In this document: positions 16,255-34,290 of the stretch, one piece after another
Layout: each line of letters begins with the position of its first letter
How positions within the stretch are numbered: position 1 is the stretch's first letter
Source: the human T2T-CHM13v2.0 reference genome, Homo sapiens
Reading direction: 5' to 3' (one strand)
Assembly (NCBI RefSeq): GCF_009914755.1
Contig: NC_060936.1
DNA: 64,000 nucleotides
Notes under the pieces: model-generated
The model's database searches: none
Told to the model about the DNA's origin: nothing
The model's input: the letters and a program-made list of their open reading frames with translations, nothing else
Position numbers and translations under genes: made by a program

Positions 16255-18230
16255 AGGCTAAAGCAGGTTTAACCCTCTTATTCTGTATTTCTTTCCTCCC
16301 CATCTCTATCACTAGTCCCTTATTATTAATGTAACCAAGTCAAGCTCACCCCTATTACCTTTCACACTTGCCTTGTTATACCCTGTGGAGATTTGTCAAG
16401 TCAAAGGCAACTCTCCACCTCAGAAAAGTATCTCTGTCCTTCCTGGCTCCCCTCGGATTGGGCATTTATTAACTGGGATAAGCTAGTTTGGGAAAATTGT
16501 GATGAAGATTCCAGTGTGAACTGGGAATCTTGTCCTCCTAGAGCAGAGCTTCTCTGCCGAAGTTGGTCCAATGTTCTATGGAATACTAAAGAGCAAGTAG
16601 GGACCACCTCAACTAGTACTTGCAGTTTCCTAAAACCATATATTCATTTTGCTAAAGGAGTTACTCCTCCCAATTGTCAGCTGAACCAATGTAATCCAGT
16701 ACAGATTACCATCTCTGCTCCCCAGAGTTCTTTCCCTTCATTAAGCCGTTTCTATTGTATAGGAGCAGAAGTCTCAGGGAACGACTCCATAGGATCCTTT
16801 GAAATATGCTTCATTGCTTCCCCACCTCCTGCACCCCCTTCTCCCTCTCCTAAATTCTCCTCTAACCAAACCTTTTTTTGTTATATACTCAGTGATAAAA
16901 CCAAAGTAGTTGTTGTAGGGGTTAAAGATTTAGAACAAACTATAGCAATTGAAACAGGGTATCAAGATGCAAATGCGTGGCTGGAATGGATTAAATATTC
17001 TGTTCACATGCTAAACAAAAGCAACTGTTACGCTTGTATGACAGGCAGGCCAGAGACCCAAATTGTCCCCTTTCCACTTGGGTGGTCTTCTCACGGACTG
17101 GGCATGAGCTGCATTGTAGCTCTCTTTCAAAACCCCACTGCCTGGGGCGATGAGTCATGCAAGACTCTCTCACTGCTATTCTCAGAAGCCAAAGGCCCTG
17201 CAAGTCATCCTCTGAGAACCATCTGGCCTCCCACTTCTGATGTTAATTTCACCTTGTGTCTCGCAAGACAAGGGGAAAATTTAATGTCCCTCAGAAACCT
17301 AACTGGGTGCAGTGAAACTAAGCCCTTCCAAGAGCTTACCCATCAGTCTGCCCTGGTTCATCCCCGAACAGACGTATGGTGGTACTGCGGTGGACCACTA
17401 CTGGGTACTCTGCCCAGTAACTGGAGTGGCACTTTCGCTCTAGTCCAGTTGGCCATCCCTTTCACCCTAGCATCTCGTCAACACAATAAGAGAGATAATC
17501 GGAAAAAAAGAAGTGCCCCTCACAGGTCTTTTGACTCACATGTATATATAGATGCTATTGGAGTTCTGCAAGAAGTGCCAGATGAATTTAAAGCCCGAAA
17601 CCAAATAGCTGCAAGGTTTGAGTCAGCATGGTTCTGGTGGTCAACTATAAATGAAAATGTAAATTAGATAAATTACATCTACTATAATCAGCAGCGATTT
17701 GTCAATTATACAAGAGATACCATTAAAGGAATAGCTGAACAATCAGGCTCCACCAGCCAGGTGGCTTGGGAAAATAGGGTAACCCTTGATATGATGTTAG
17801 CAGAGAAAGGCGGAGTCTGTGTTATGATCAGAGTTCAACACTGCACTTTTATTCCTAATAACACAGCCCCCAGAGGAACAATAAAAAAAAAGCCCTACAA
17901 GGCCTTACCTCCCTATCAAATGAGTTAGCCAAAAATTCTGGAATAAATGACCCCTTTACAAGCCTCATGGAAAAATGGTTTGGGAAATGGAAAGGAATTA
18001 TGACCTCAATATTCACCTCCCTTGTAATTGTTATAGGCGTGCTCATTCTTGTAGGATGCTGTATCATACCCTGTATTTGCGGTTTAGTGTGAAGACTTAT
18101 AGAAACAGCTCTCACCAAAACCTCCTTTAGTTCTCCCCCACCCTATTCTGATAAACTCTTCCTTCTAGATACCCAAGAAGAACAACAGAGCCGGGGTATG
18201 CTGAGATGTTTTGAAGAGGAAAAGCTATAA
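16255..18230 (+). pseudogene. env: HERV env (SU and TM), disrupted; 424-codon open segment at 16393-17667
   Basis: CYAC motif, furin site RKKR, in-frame TAG at 17665, immunosuppressive domain WENRVTLDMMLAEKGGVC, hydrophobic TM anchor ~18000-18080. The signal-peptide region is frameshifted. Confidence 0.88.
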
Positions 18231-18246
18231 AATCAGAGGGGGAAAC

Positions 18247-18704
18247 TGTCAAAAATGATAAATTCCTCTTCAAAAGGCTTTAGTTCCTTGTCCTTTGTTT
18301 TTAAGACACATGCTGTAACATGGGTTTCTAGTTACCCATGTTTCTAGTTACCCATGCTGTAAACAACTCTTCCCATCCTTGCCACACCCTGACATGCCCA
18401 GACATGCCTCACACCATAATAGATAGCCTCCCTCTTCCCACCTAGTTAGCTGTATTCAATTTCAATCATTAACCAATCAGGTTAGCTTAGATTGTGCTGT
18501 TCAACTCCAGCCAATGGGGAAAGAACACAGCAGTAGGGACTGATTGCATTAGGGATAAAAACCCCTGCCCCACCACACTCGGTGTGCTCTTGCAATTGTG
18601 ACTGGCACAAGCTGCACCCTTCTGCAGAAGTAAATTTGCCTTGCTGAGGAATTTTCTGCCTACATGTTGGTTTTCTTTGCAGCACCAAGCACTTGTTTCT
18701 AACA
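18247..18704 (+). mobile_element. 3' LTR, LTR10 (LTR10B-like)
   Basis: TG..CA termini after the polypurine tract; CCAAT boxes, GATAAAA, AGTAAA; end GCACTTGTTTCTAACA. Confidence 0.82.
18390..18409. promoter_or_regulatory. p53 response element in LTR10
   Basis: TGACATGCCC AGACATGCCT: two unspaced RRRCWWGYYY half-sites, 19/20 match. Confidence 0.7.
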
Positions 18705-19794
18705 AGGATTTTAACCTCCATGTTAAAGGCCTTCTTAAATTCTTATAAAGACCACATAGAGTGTCAGTTTTACATGTTTTTCTCCTATAACTTTCTTTGA
18801 TTACACCAGCCCTTTAGAAGGAATATTGGAAATACTCATCCAGTCTTACATGGACAGTGTTGTGAATAATAAAAAGGTATTAACATGAAAGTTCTTACCC
18901 AAGTCAACCTTCCCATAATGCCTGTAGAAAGGGAGCACAGTCCAAATGAGGGAAGTAGCCTGGAAATTCCAGGCTAGAGCCATCAGAGGGGTGAATCAGG
19001 ACCCAAGTTAGAGACGGAGACGGTGGAGACAGCACCTGGAACAAAGGAAAAACTTCTGAAAACACAACTGTAGAGGAAGGTAAGATAAAACTCTCTCTTT
19101 CTTACTCTAGTCAAGAAGAAAAGCCTGATCTTTGGAGGTAGATGGGGGTACAGGTGAACACTTGTATTAAGAAGACTCAAACTGTGATGGATATATGTCA
19201 GAATTTATGGAAAAGAGATTATCAGGCCACTAGCTGGAAAGCAAGAGAGGCCACCAAAGTATGGGGCAAGCATTGGAAAATCAGTACCAGGACCCACAGG
19301 TTGGGTCAGAAATAGGTAAGAAAGAGAGATCAAAACCCAAAAGAGAGGTAGGGATGAATGGCAAGTAATAACACGTTAGAATTCAGACAAGGTTGGAAAC
19401 AGGGTAGAACATTACAAAAGTCAAGAGTCTCTGTGCATTTGCTCTTTGTGAGCACCTCTGGAGACAATAACGTGGGTTCCTACTCTTGAAGAAGTTCTTG
19501 CTACTTCTTAGTTAACAATCTTGGGGGCTCTGACAGTTCAAGCTTTCCTCAATCCAGGATGACTTTACCACATATATTTTAACACTGTTATTGAGAGAAA
19601 ATTTGCATATAATTATATTGTACCTACCTTAAGTGTCCAATTTGACAAGTTTTGATAAATATGTACACCCATATAACACCATAATCATGATGTGGAACAT
19701 TTCCATCTCTCCAAAAAATTCTTTCATATTTCTTAGCAGTCACTGCATTCTCTCCTGCACAGGGTAGCCTCTGATCTTTTTTTAATTTGTTTGC

Positions 19795-21184
<1,390 letters not shown>

Positions 21185-21196
21185 TGATTAATATAG

Positions 21197-23651
21197 TTTG
21201 TTAGTCTGTTCTTGCACTGCTATAAATAAATACCTAAGACTGGGTAATTTATAAAGAAAAGAAGTTTAATTGGCTCACAGCTCCACAAACTTCACAGTTC
21301 CACAGTTCCACAGACTTCACAGTTCCACAGGAAGCATGATGCTGGCAACTGCTCAACTTCTGGGGAAGCCTCAGGTAACCTACAAACATGGCAGAAGGCA
21401 AAGGGGGAGCAAGTACTTCACATGGCCAGAGCAGAAGGAAGAGAGAGAGGAGGGAAGTACTACACACTTTTAAATGACCAGATCTCATAAAAATTCTCTC
21501 ACTATGACAGCACCAAGGGGGAGAGTGTTAAACCATGAGAAACTGCCTGCGTGATCCAATCACCTCCCACTAGGCCCCACTTTCAACACTGAGGATTACA
21601 ATTCAACATGAGATTTGGTGGGGACACAGATCCATACCATATAGTTCTGCCTCTGGCCCCTCCAAATGTCATGTCCTTCTCATGTTGTAAAATACAATCA
21701 TCCCTTCTCAACAGTCCCCTAAAGTCTTAAATCATTCCAACATTAACTCAGAAGTCCAAAGTCCGAAGTCCAAAGTCTCATCTGAGACAAGGTAAGTCTT
21801 TTCCACCTATAAGCCCATAAAATAAAAAATAATTTAGTTACTTCCAAGATACAATGGGGATACAGGCATTGGGTAAGTACTCCCATTTCAAAAGGGAGAA
21901 ATCAACCAAAAGAAAGGGGCTACAGGCCCCATGCAAGTCTGAAACCCAGCAGGGCAGTCATTAAATATTAAAGCTCCAAAATAATATCTTTTGACTCCAT
22001 GTCTCACATCCAGGGCACGCTGATACAAAGGGTGGGCTCCCAAGGCCTTGAGCAGCTCTGCCCTGTGGCTTTGCAGAGGTTATCCCCTACATCTCCTCTC
22101 ATGGGCTGGCATTGAGTATCTATGGCTCTTCCAGGCTGAGAGTGCAAGCTGCCAGTGGATCTACCATTCTGGGGTCTGGAGTATGGTAGCCCTCTTCTCA
22201 CAGCTCCAATAGGCAGTGTCCCAGTGGAGACTCTGTGTGGGGACTTCAACCTGAAAATTTCCCCTCTGCACTGCCCTAGTAAAGTTCTCTATGAAGGCTC
22301 TGCCCCTGCAGCAGGCTTCTGCCTGGATATCCAGGCTTTTCCATACATCCTCTGCAATCTAGGCCGAGGCTCCCAAGCCTCAACTTGCACTCTATGCACC
22401 TGCAGGCTTAACATCATATGGGAGTTGCCAAGGCTTACAGCTTGCACCCCCTGAAGCAGCAACCTGAGCTGTACCTGGGTGCCTTTGAGCCATAACTGGA
22501 GCTGGAGTGGCTGGGATGGAGGGTGCAGTATCCCAAGGTTGCACAGGGCAGTGGGACCCTGGACCTGGCCCATGAAACCATTCTTCTCTCTTAGGCCTCC
22601 AAACCTCTCAAGGGAGGGGCCACTGCGAAGGTCTCTGAAATGCCGTGAAGGACTTTTCCCCATTTCCTTGGCTTTCAACATTTGCCTTCCTTTCAGTTAT
22701 GCAAATTCCTCCCCAGAAAGTAGGCTTTTCTTTTCTACCACATGGCCAGGCTGCAAATTTTCCAGGCTTTAACACTCTGCTTCCCTTTTAAATATAAGTT
22801 CCAGTTTCACGTCATTTCCTTGCTCACACACATGAGCATAGGCTTTTAGAAGCAGCCAGACCAAATCTTGAGTGGTTTGCTGCTTAGAATTTTCTTCTGC
22901 CAGATACCATAGATCATCAATCTCAGATTCAAAGTTTCACAGATCCTTAGAGCAGGGGCAAAATGCTGCCAGGTTATTTGTTAACACATAACAAAAGTGA
23001 CCTTTGCTCCAGTTCCCAGTAAGTTCCTCATCTCCACCTGAGACCTCATCAACCTGAACTTTATTGTCCATATCACTATCAGCATTGGGTCACAATCATT
23101 TAACCAGTCTCTAGGGAGTTTCAAATTTCAATCATCTTTCTGTCTTCTTCTGAGCCCTCCACACTCTTCCAACCTCTGCTCATTAACCAGTTCCAAAGTC
23201 ACTTCCACATTTTCAGGTATCTTCATGGCAATGCCCCACTTCTCAGTACCAATTTTCTGTATTGGTTCATTCTCACATTGCTATAAAGAAATACCTAAGA
23301 ATGGGTAATTTATAAAGAAAAGAGGTTTAATAGGCTCACAGTTCCACAGACTGTCCAGGAAGCATGATGCTGGCATCTGCTCAACTTCTGGGGAGGTCTC
23401 AGGAAACCTACAAGTATGGCAGAAGGCAAAGGGGGAGTGAACACTTCACATTGCTGGAGCAGAAGGAAGAGAGAGAGGGAGGAGGTTTAAATGACAAGAT
23501 CTCATGAGAACTCACTCACTATGACAGCACCAAGGGGGATGGCATTAAACCATGAGAAACCACCACCATGATCCAATCACCTCCCACCTTCAACACTGAG
23601 GATTTCAATTTGACACGAGATTTGGTGGGGACATAGATCCAACCCATGTCA
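21197..23651 (-). mobile_element. Full-length MSTA-type MaLR (LTR 21197-21642, internal region, LTR 23258-23651)
   Basis: Two similar LTRs flanking MaLR internal sequence; 5-bp TSD TATAG. Confidence 0.9.
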
Positions 23652-23659
23652 TATAGCCT

Positions 23660-24945
23660 GAGAATAAGTCTAGAAATCGAATACTGTAGTTATCCAACTT
23701 TGTTTTCTTTTTCAAAATATTTCTAGTTATGCAAGACACTTTGATTTCCATGTAAGTTTTAGGATTCTCTTGCTAATTTTTACCCAAAAAAAGCCCAATG
23801 AATTTTTTATTTGAGGTTATATTAAATATATAGATCTATTTGTGGAGAATTGACTTAACAATATTGAGTCTTCCAATCCATTAACATGGTATGTTTCTCC
23901 ATTTATTTAGGCCTTCTTTTCTTCAACTTTATTTTATATTAAGGGGGTATATGTGCAGATTTGTTACTTGGGTGTATTGCATGATATTAAGGTTTGGGGT
24001 ATAAATAATCCCATCACCCAGGTACTGAGCATAGTACCCAATAGTTAGTTTTTCAACTCCTGCCCCCTTTCCTTCCTTCCCCCTCTAGTAGTCCTCAGTT
24101 TCCATTGTTGTCTTTATGTCCATGAGTACCCAATGTTTAGCTCTCACTTATAAGTGAGAACATGTGGTATTTGATTTTCTGTTCCTGCATCAATTCACTT
24201 TAGATAAGGTAGGCCTTCTTTAATGTCAATGTTTTGTCATTTCCAGTGTATAACTCTTACCCACATTTTGTTATATTTATCCATGTGATATTACGCTATT
24301 TTAAATAACTTTAAATTTTATTGTACAGTTGTTTTTGCCAGTTAATAGACATAAAGTTAATTTCTGTATATTTACCTTATATTCTGCAACATTCAAAACT
24401 CTTCTAGTTCTGGTATGTATTTGTAGCTTCCTTAGTATTTTCTATATACACGATCATGTCATCTGCAAATAAAGACTAATGTAGTCAGAGTTTTTATTTT
24501 AAGTGGGTTTTCAAATTTTCAAATGTTTTGCCTGCATTTATGAGTTTTATCCTCTGTTCTTTCATGTGCTAAATAACATTGACTTATTTTTTAAATGTTA
24601 AAACTATTTTGCATTCCTGAAATAAACCACACTTGATCATGATATATGATCATATTTTTACATTACTGGAATTAATTTGTTAAAATTTTGTTAAGAATTT
24701 TTTATCTGTGTTTGTGAAGTATAATCTGTAATTTTACTGTTTTCATGTCTTTGTAAGGTTTGGTATTAAGACTATTCTGGTCTCAAAAAACAGGTTAAAG
24801 AATGTTCTCTCCTACTCTAGTTTCTGAGAGTTTCTATAGGATTAGTATTATTTCTTCCTTAAAATTTGATAAAAATTTACCAGTGAAGCTATCTGTGTCT
24901 GCAGTTTTCACAGTGGGAATCTTTTTAATTGTGAATTTAATTTAT
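23660..24945 (-). mobile_element. Old L1M ORF2 fragments containing a short L1PA 3' insertion (23920-24209)
   Basis: Antisense L1 motifs; the inner insertion has TSD TAGGCCTTCTTT. Confidence 0.7.
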
Positions 24946-27799
24946 TTTCTTTTAATATGTAAGTGTTTTTTCTTCAACTTTCGTTTTACCTTCAGGGGTA
25001 CATGTACAGGATGTGCAGGTTTGTTACATAGGTAAACGTGTGCCATGTTGATTTGCTGCACGGATCATTCCATCAACCAGGTCTTAAGCCCAGCATCCAT
25101 TAGCTATTACTCCTGATGCTCTCCCACCCCCCACCTCACCCCCTGACAGGCCCCAGTGTGTGTTGTTCCCCACCATGTGTCCATGTGTTCTCATCATTCA
25201 GCTCCCACTTATAAGTGAGAACAGGTGGTGTTTGGTTTTCTACTCCTGCATTAGTCTGCTGAGGATAATGGCTTTCCATCCACGTCCCTGCAAAGGACAC
25301 GATTTTGTTCTTTTTTATGACCTCATAGTAGTCCACGGTGTATATGTACCACATTTTCTTTATCCAGTCTATTAATGGGATTTAGGTTGATTCCATTACT
25401 TTGCTACTGTGAATAGTGCTGCTATGAACATACTTGTGCATGTGTCTGTATAATAGAATGATTTATATTTCTTTGGGTATATACCCAGTAATGGGATTGC
25501 TAGTTTGAATGGTATTTCTGTCTCTAGGTCTTTGAAAAATTGCCACAGTGTCTTCCACAATGGTTGAGCTAATTTACACTCCCATCAACAGTGTAAAAGT
25601 GTTCCTTTTTCTCTGCAACCTTGCCAGCATCTGCTGTTTTGGGTTTTTTTGTTTTTTTGTTTTTGTTTTTTACTTTTTAATAATAGCTTTTCTGACTGGT
25701 GTTTGATGACATCTCATTGTGGTTTTGATTTGCATTTCTCTAGTGATCAGTGATGTTGAGCTTTTTTTTAATGTTTCTTGGCCACATGTGTGTCTTCTTT
25801 TGAGAAGTGTCTGTTCATGTCCTTTGCCCACTTTTTAATTGGGTTGGCTTTTGTTTTGTTGTTGTTGTTGTTGTTTGTAAATTTAAGTTCCCTGTAGACT
25901 CTCAATATTAGTTCTTTGTCAGATGGAGAGATTGCAAAAATTTTCTCCCATTCTGTAAGTTGTCTGTTTAATGATAGTTTCTTTTGCTGTGCAGAAGATC
26001 TTTAGTTTAATTAGATTCCATTTGTCAATGTTTGCTTTTGTTGCAATTGCTTTTGGCTTCTTCGTCATGAAATCTTTGACCATGCCTATGCCCAGAATGG
26101 TATGGCCTAGATTTTTCTTCTAGGGATTTTGTAGTTTTGGGTTTTACTTTTAAGTCTTTAATCCATCTTGAGTTAATTTTTGCATATATTGTAAGGAACG
26201 GACCCAGTTTCAATTTTTGTCATATGGCTAGCCAGCTCTCCTAGCACCATTTATTAAATAGGGAATCCTTTCCCCATTGCTTGTTTTTGTCAGGTTTGTC
26301 AAAGATCAGATGGTTTTAGGTGTGCAGTTGTATTTCTGAGCTCTCTATTCTGTTTCATTGGTCTATGAGTCTATTCTTGTACCAGTACCATGCTGTTTTA
26401 TTTACTATAGGCTTGTAGTATAGTTTAAAGTTGGGTAGTGTGATGCCTCCAGCTTTATTCTTTTTGCTTAGAATTGTCTTGGCTATTTAGTCTCTTTTTG
26501 GGTTCCATATGAATTTTAATATAGTTTCTTCTAATTCTATGAAGAATCTCAATGGTAGCTTAATTGGAACAGCATTGAATCTATAAATTACTTTGGAAAG
26601 TATGGACATTTTCACAATATTTATGCTTCCTATCCATAAGCACAGAATGTTTCTCCATTTGTTTGTGTCCTCTATTATTTCTTTGAGTAGTGGTTTGTAG
26701 TTTCCTTTAAGAGATCCTTCACCTCCCTTGTTAGCTGTATTCCTAGGTATTTTACTCTTTTTGTAACGATTGTGAATGGGAGTTCATTCATAATATGGCT
26801 CTCTGCTTGCCTGTTTTTGGTGTATAGGAATGCTAGCAATTTTTGCACATTGATTTTGTATCCTGAGACTTTGCTGAAGTTGCTTATCAGCTTAAGAAGC
26901 TTTTGCGCCAAGACAATGGGGTTTTCTATATATAAGATCATGTCATCTGCAAACAAACATAATTTGACTTCCTCTCTTCCTATTTTGAAAACTCTTTATG
27001 TCTTTCTGTTGCCTGATTGCCCTGGCCAGAACTTTCAATACTATGTTAAATAGAAGTGGTGAGAGAGAGTATCCTTGTGTCAGTTTTCAAGGGGAATGCT
27101 TCTAGCTTTTGCCTATTCCGTATGGTGTTAGCATGTGGGTTTGTCATAGATGGCTCTTATTATTTTCAGGTATGCACCTTCGATAGCTTGTTCACTGTTT
27201 TAAACGTGAAGGGATGTTGAATTTTATTAAAGGCCTTTTCTGCATCTATTGAGATAGTCATGTCGTTTTTGTCTTTAGTTCCATTTATGTGATGAATCAT
27301 GTTTATTGATTTGTGTATGTTAAACCAAACTTGCATCCCAGGGATGAAGCCAACTTGATCATGGTGGATAAGGTTTTTGATATGCTGCTGGATTCAGTTT
27401 GTCAGTATTTTACTGAAGACATTTACATCAATATTCATCAAGGATATTGCCCTGGGGTTTTGTTTTTTTGTTGCATCTCTGCCATGTTTTGGTATCAGGA
27501 TGATGCTGGCCTCATAAAATAAGTAAGGGAGGAGTCCCTCCTTTTCAATTTTTTGCAGTAGTTTCAGTAGAAATGATACCAGCTCCTCTTCAAACCTCTG
27601 GTAGAATTCAGCTGTGAATTTGTCTGGTCCTGGGCTTTTTTTTTCTTTTTTTTTTTTTTTTTTTTTTGGTTGGTAGGCTTATTTATTACTGCCTCAATTT
27701 TAAAACTCATTATTGGTCTATTCACAGATTCAATTTCTTCCTGGTTCAGTCTCAGGAGGGTGTACATGTCCAGAAATGTATCCATTTCTTCTAGATTTT

Positions 27800-28367
27800 T
27801 AAATTTTGTTTGTTTGCTTGTTTGTTTGTTTTTTGAGACAGGGTCTTGCCCTGTCACCCATGCTGGTGTGCAGTGGTGTGATCATGGCTCACTGCAGCTT
27901 CCACCTTCTGGGTTCAAGAGATCCTCCTGCCTCACCCTCCTTAGTAGCTGGGACTATAGGCATGTGCCACCACACCTGGCTAATTTTTGTATTTTCAGTA
28001 GAGATGGGGTTTCACCATGTTGGCCAGTGGAGGCACTGAAAACGTCAGATGCAGAGGTGGATTTTTTTTCTTTTTTTTTTTTTTTGAGATGGAGTTTCAC
28101 TCTTGTCTCCCAGGCTGGAGTGCAGTGGTGTCATCTTGGCTCATTGGAACCTCCACCTCCAAGTTTCAAGCGATTCTCTTCCCTCAGCCACCCTGGTAGC
28201 TGGGACTACAGGCATGCACACTACTCCTGGCTAATTTTTGTATTTTTTGTAGAGACAGGGTTTCCCCATGTTGGCCAGGCTGGTCTCAAACTCCTGACCT
28301 CAGGTGATCCACCAGCCTCAGCCACCCAAAATGCTGGGATTACAGGCATGAGCCACTCCAAATGGCA
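27800..28367 (-). mobile_element. Composite Alu insertion (full AluS, 35-nt spacer, partial Alu)
   Basis: Whole block flanked by a TAGATTTT duplication within L1 ORF2. Confidence 0.8.
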
Positions 28368-30559
28368 TAGATTTTCTAGTTTATATGCATAGTAGTGATT
28401 ATAGTATTCTCTGATGGTTGTTTGCATTTCTGTGGGGTCAGTGCTGATATCTCCCTTATCACTTCTGATTGTGTTTATTTGAATCATCTCTCTTTTCTTC
28501 CTTATTAGTCTATCTATTTTAATAATTTTTTTCAAAAAACCAGCTCCTGGATTCATTGATGTTTTAATGGATTTTTTGTGTCAGTTCAGCTCTCATCCTT
28601 CAGTTCAGCTCTTATCTTAGTTATTTCTTGTCTTCCACTAGCTTTGGGGTTTGTTTGCTCTTGGTTCTCTAGTACTTTTAGTTGACATGTTAGGTTGTTA
28701 ATTTGATGTTTTTCTAGCTTTTTGATGTGGGCATTTAGTGCTATAAATTTCCCGCTTAACATTGCTTTAGCTATGTCCCAGAGATTGTGGTACATTGTCT
28801 CTTTGTTCTGATTAGTTTCAAAGAACTTCTTGATTTCTACCTTAATTTCATTATTTACCCAAGAGTCATTCAGGAGCAGGTTGTTCAATTTCCATGTAGT
28901 TGTGTAATTTTGAGTGAATTTCTTAATCTTGAGTTCTAACTTGATTACACTGTGGTCTGAGAGGTTGTTATTATTTCAGTTCTTTTGCATTTGCTGAGAA
29001 GTGTTTTACTTCCAATTATGTGATCAATTTCAGAGCAAGTGCTGTGTAGCAATGAGAAAGAAGAATGTATACTCTGTTGTTTTGTGGTTGAGTGTGCTGT
29101 AGATATCTGTCAGGTCCACTTGATCCAGAGCTGAGTTCATGTCCTGAATATATTTGTTAATTTTCTTTCTCAATGATCTGTTTAATATTGTCAGTGGGGT
29201 GTTAACATCTCCCACTATTATTGCGTGGGAGTCTCAGTCTCTTTATAGGTCTCTAAGAACCTGCTTTATTAATCTGGGTGCTCCTATATTGGGTGCACAT
29301 ATGTTTAGGATAATTAGCTCTTCTTTTTGAATTGAACCCTTTACCACTGTGTAATGCCCTTCTTTGTCTTTTTTTATTTTTGCTGGTTTAAAATTAGTTT
29401 TGTTAGAAACTAGGATTGCAACCCCTGATTTTTTCTGCTTTCCACTTGCTTGGTAAACTTTCCTCCATCCCTTTATTTTGAGTCTGTGTGTCTTTGCAAA
29501 TGAGATGTGTCTCTTGAAGACAGCATACCAACGGGTCTTATCTCTTTATCCAGTTTGCCATTCTGTGTCTTTTAATTGGGGCATTTAGCCCATTAACATT
29601 TAAGGTTAGTGTTGTTATGTGTGAATTTGATCCTGTCATCATGATGCTAGCTGGTTATTTTGCAGACCTTGTTTATGTGGTTGCTTCATATTGTCACTGG
29701 TCTGTGTACTTCACTGTATTTTTATAGTGGCTGGTAGTGGTTTTCTTTTCCATATTTAGTGCTTCCTTCAGGAGCTCTTGCAAGGCAGGCCTGGTGGTGA
29801 TAAATTCCCTAAGCATTTGCTTCTCTGAAAAGGGTCTTAGTTCTCCTTTGCATATGAAGCTTAGCTTGGCTAGATATAAAATTCCAGGTTGGAAATTCTT
29901 TTCTTTAAGAATGTTGAATATTGGCCCTCAATCTCTTCTGGCTTGTATGGTTTCCACTGAGAGGTTTGCTGTTAGTCTGATGGGTTTTCCTTTGTAAGTG
30001 ACCTAGCCTTTCTTTCTGGCTGCCCTTAACATTTTTTTCTTTCATGTAGACCTTGGAGACTCTGAGGATTATGTGTCTTGGGGTTGATCTTCTCGTGGAG
30101 TATCTTACTGGAGTTTTCTGCATTTCCTGAATTTGAATGTTGGTCTGTCTTGCTAGGTTGCAGAAGTTCTCCTGGATGATATTCTGTAGTATGTTTTCCA
30201 ACTTGGCTCCATTTGCCCCATCTCTTTCAGGTACCCCAATCAGTCATAGGTTAGGTCTTTTTAAACAGTCTCATATTTCTCTGAGGTTTTGTTCATTCCT
30301 TTTCATTCTTTTTTGCCTGTCTTATTCAGAAAGATTGTCTTCAAGCTCCGAGATTATTACTATTCTTGTCTGCCTGTCTTATTTCAGCAAGATAGTCTTG
30401 AAGCTCTGAGATTCTTTCCTCCACTTGGTCTATTCTGCTACTGATACTTGTGACACATTGTGATGTTCTCATGTTGTGTTTTCAGCTCCATCAGGTCTGT
30501 TTTGTTCCGCTCTAAACTGGCTATTCTGGCTATTAGCTCCTGTATTGTTTCATTTTGTA

Positions 30560-30846
30560 TTTTGTAGAGGTGGAGATTTGCTCTGTCACCCAGGCTGGAG
30601 TGCAGTGGCCTGATCTCAGCACACTGCAACCACTGCCTCCTGAGTTCACTGGTTCTCCTGCCTCAGCCTCCCAATTAGCTGGGATTACAGGCAAGCACCA
30701 CTGTGCCCAGCTAATTTTTTTGTATTTTTGGTACAGACAGTTTTCATCATGTTGGCCAGTCTGGTCTCAAACTCCTGACCTCATGATCTGCCTGCCTCAG
30801 CCTCCAAAGTCCTGGGATTATAGGCATGAACCACTGCACCCAGCCT
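30560..30846 (-). mobile_element. AluS
   Basis: Antisense Alu in L1 ORF1. Confidence 0.88.
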
Positions 30847-31486
30847 CCTATATTGTTTTATCATGATTCTTAGCTTCTTTGCATTGGGTTAGAACATGCT
30901 CTTTTAGTTCAGTGAGGTTCATTATTACCCATCATCTGAAGCCTACTTCTGTCAATTCAGCCATCTCAGCCTGAGCCCAGTTTTGTGTCCTTGCTGGAAA
31001 AGTGTTGTGGTCATTTGGAGGAAAAAAGGCCCTCTGGCTTTTTGAGTTTTCAGCTTCTTTGCATTGATTCTTCCTCATCTTTGTGGGCTTATCAACCTTG
31101 AATCTTTGAGGTTGCTAACCTTTGAACAGACTTCTTGTGGGGTCTTTTTTGTTGATGTTGTTGCTGTTGTTTTCTGTTTGTTTGTTTGCTTGTTTGTTTT
31201 TCTCTTAACAGTCAAGCTACACTACTGTAGGGCTTCTGTGGTTTGCTGGGGGTCCACTTCAGACCCTAGTTGCCTTGTTTTTTCCAGTACTTGGAGGTAT
31301 CACCAGTGAAGGCTGCAAAACAGCAAAGATGGCTGCCAGCTCCTTCCTCTGGAAACTTTGTCCCAGGTGGGTACTGACCTGTTGCTGGCCCAAACACACT
31401 GGTAGGAGGTGTCTGGAGACCCCTGTTGGGAGGTCTCACCCAGTCAGGAGGAATGGGATCAGGGACCCACTTAAATAAGCAATCTG

Positions 31487-31945
<459 letters not shown>

Positions 31946-32182
31946 CTATCCCAGGGAGAGATCAGAGCTTTTTCTGTAGAACCCTAGCTGGAGTGGCTGA
32001 AGCTCCCACAGAGAGGTTGCACCCAGTGAGGAAGAATGAACTGGGGTCCCGCTTAAAGAAGCAGTCTGACCACAGTCTGGCAAGGTGGCTGTGTTGCTTT
32101 GTGAGGGACTTTTCCTCATCCAGACTTTATATTCTCCAAAACCAGCAGACTGGAATGGCTGAGTCTACCAAACTACAGCAAT

Positions 32183-34290
<2,108 letters not shown>

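Larger units (their letters stand above)
13547..18704 (+). mobile_element. HERV-I/HERV-IP10-like provirus lacking the 5' LTR, with large pol deletion
   Basis: PBS-like TGGGGGCCCATGTGGGAT (13551-13568), gag, pro, RT start, env, polypurine tract AGAGGGGGAAAC, then 3' LTR10. Confidence 0.88.

Noticed and set aside
27670-28392. 240-aa ORF
   Set aside because: Read-through of antisense L1 and two Alus, giving typical Alu-derived peptides.
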